Positions 49,293-51,304 of a stretch of DNA of 51,304 bases are shown here, piece after piece. The number at the start of each line of letters is the position of its first letter. The stretch's first letter is position 1. A model generated the notes under the pieces. That model did not search any database, had not been told where the DNA came from, and saw only the letters and a program-made list of their open reading frames with translations. Origin of the DNA: Moniliella sp. 'wahieum' (lineage: Eukaryota); the NCBI GenBank assembly GCA_003971905.1, contig RSEE01000070.1, positions 310,001 to 361,304 of the forward strand, in the 5' to 3' direction. A program made the translations under genes and the position numbers.

Positions 49293-51304
49293 CCCCCCCG
49301 GGCCAAGGGACCGAAGGAAAGCCGTAGGCCAGAAACTAGGAAGAATCGAAACGAGAAGAAAGGGTGCTAAATCAAATTGTTGGGAAGTGGAGAGAAGTTT
49401 GGGAAGACAACAGGTTTGGTGAACCAATCAGAAAGATGATCCACTCCGGGGACATGGTGAACGACAAGTTCGCCGCGATGGATGCGTTCGCGTACCTCAT
49501 GGTACCAAACATCGATCTCGCGGATCTTACCCAGGCTACCGAGCTTCTCGGCAAGAGCCTTGGCGGCAGTGTTATCGACAAAGAGTTGGATGGGGTGCGT
49601 GGCAGAGCAAATGCCAGCTCAAAAAGAATGTTGCGCACAAAGAGGGCATCGCGCAGCCCATCGCCCATAGCCAAATACTCGGAAGCGGCCGTGTTGCTCA
49701 CTCCTTGGTTTTGTGTCTTGGTATTCCACGACACTGGCACGCCGTAGACAAAAACGACGTATCCAGAAACAGACCTCGAATAGCGTTTGTCCGAGGCAAA
49801 GGACGCATCCGTATGTAACTCGAGTAGTGGTCTTGCCCGGTCAGGCGTTAAACGGAGAGAATGGTCAGCAGTACCCTTCAAATACCGCAGCAAGCCAACG
49901 GCAGCGTCACGATGGGCTCGAGAAGGATCATCCAGGAAACGAGCCAAAAAGGTTGCGGCAAATAATGTGTCCGGGCGTGACATGCGCGCGGACCACATAG
50001 CGGACCCAACCATCGAGCGGTAGACGTGATTCTCGTCGCGCGTCGAACGTGATTCGTGTTCGGGGCGTTGGGAAGAGGGAAGGGTATGGCTGAGCGGGAG
50101 ACGTCGAGGATGGTCGTGAGTCATGTCGTGAGTAGCAAGCGTTTCAGCAATGAATTTTGGCTGGCTCACATAGAGACAGCCATTAATGCGGTCGTACTGG
50201 CATCCGAGGTGGAAACGAAGGGGGCCATTGGATTTAATCTCAATATGGCGTCGAAGCTCGACAAGGAAGCAATCGTAAATTGCCTTGATCGGCAAGCAAC
50301 AAGGAAATCGTCGTGTGGATGGCTAAAAGAATGAGGTTCAAGGAATCGGTATGACGAAGGAAGATACACGGCTCTGACTTGAGACTGGTAAACCCAAGTC
50401 GATCACAGAGAAAAGTACGTAGCCAGTCACCAAAATTAGCCCCGCTTTGATGTAGACCGTAAAGACTCTTCTTCAGCTTCCAACACTTTCCCTTCCCTTC
50501 GGGAAAAAAAGGAGGCGGCCGAAATATATCTATTCCGTGACATCAGCATAAAGATAAGCGGCTTCAACATCGGCTGTGAAAAGCTGGAGCCCTTCTGCCT
50601 CGGAAATGGCAATTAAAGTATTGACGGCTGATGTGCGAACCGCAGGAGCAAACGACTTGGTCCACGACCCAGGCAGCTGACGATGCCCGCCTACAACATA
50701 GCGGGCACGGTATTGACGAAACGTCCTTCTGCATCCGTCTTGGTGCTTAAGACCAGATACCGGGCAGCACACGCGCCCCGGGAGGAATGGAAACGACTTC
50801 TTTCACCTTCCGAGATTCAAAACGCGTCAGCTCAACGCGCATGGCAGCAAGGACATCGTCAAAGCAGGATGGCCGACTAGATCCCGCACAGACTTGGGCG
50901 CCAACGGAACACCATCGGTGGTGACGAGAAGTGCGTCCTCGTCTCGCGCGTGTTCGAGGGCAAGAGCAAGGGGAGGAGATGTCGAATCCGAAGCGGGGAT
51001 CATGGACGAGTTGGGCATGGGGCCGAAGACGGTGACAAAGGTGGGCAGTCAAGAGTGGAAGGGAGACAGGAGCATGGAACAGGGTGGGGACGTTAAGAGC
51101 AAGGGGCACAAAGATGGATCCTGGGGTTATCTGAGCAGGATGAGAGAGATCAAGGGGAGGGGCGTGGAGTCGAGCACGCCGTCCAGGGTTACGACGTACC
51201 AACGGGTTGTGGAGCAGGCAAGAAGGCGCGGCAGAAGGAATTTGGGAGACAATGGGAGGAGGGGAACAGGTTCGGTACAGTAGGAGGAGCAGGCCAAGGG
51301 TGGA
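49118..51304 (-). mobile_element. Ty1/copia LTR retrotransposon, 3' half (RT + RNase H), continuing beyond the window
   Basis: YRARYVVGGHRQ, DVEAAYL, LKKSLYGLHQSG, AIH(T)DDFLV, YRSMVGSAMW, RPDTLFA, HTDASFA, EYLAM, SDWFTKP in copia order. Confidence 0.93.

Overview
GC-rich fungal genomic DNA. Gene content, sparse short GT-AG introns and compact layout suggest a basidiomycete, possibly Ustilaginomycotina-like (inference). Nearly every gene is split by single-base frameshifts, often in homopolymers, which looks like uncorrected long-read error, so gene ends are approximate. Recognisable genes, left to right: PEX16, a C2H2 zinc-finger factor, Yak1/DYRK kinase, Aro8-like aminotransferase, GPI3/PIG-A, THADA/Trm732, prefoldin 5, COG2, an amino-acid permease, a secreted 12-aa-repeat protein, YjbQ, a pepsin-family protease, a truncated Kap123-like importin, a peroxisomal 4CL-like ligase, and the 3' half of a Ty1/copia element with its LTR. 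Two signals stand out. (1) Intergenic DNA is studded with 7-bp-period arrays that differ in sequence but obey one rule: T-N-A separated by a 4-nt palindrome, i.e. A-xyy'x'-T plus 1 nt. About 14 of the 16 possible cores occur, and a local tandem duplication shows the arrays changing length in place. (2) The THADA/Trm732 frame runs directly into an intron that splices onto the PIG-A catalytic exon, implying a fusion or bicistronic, splicing-controlled locus.
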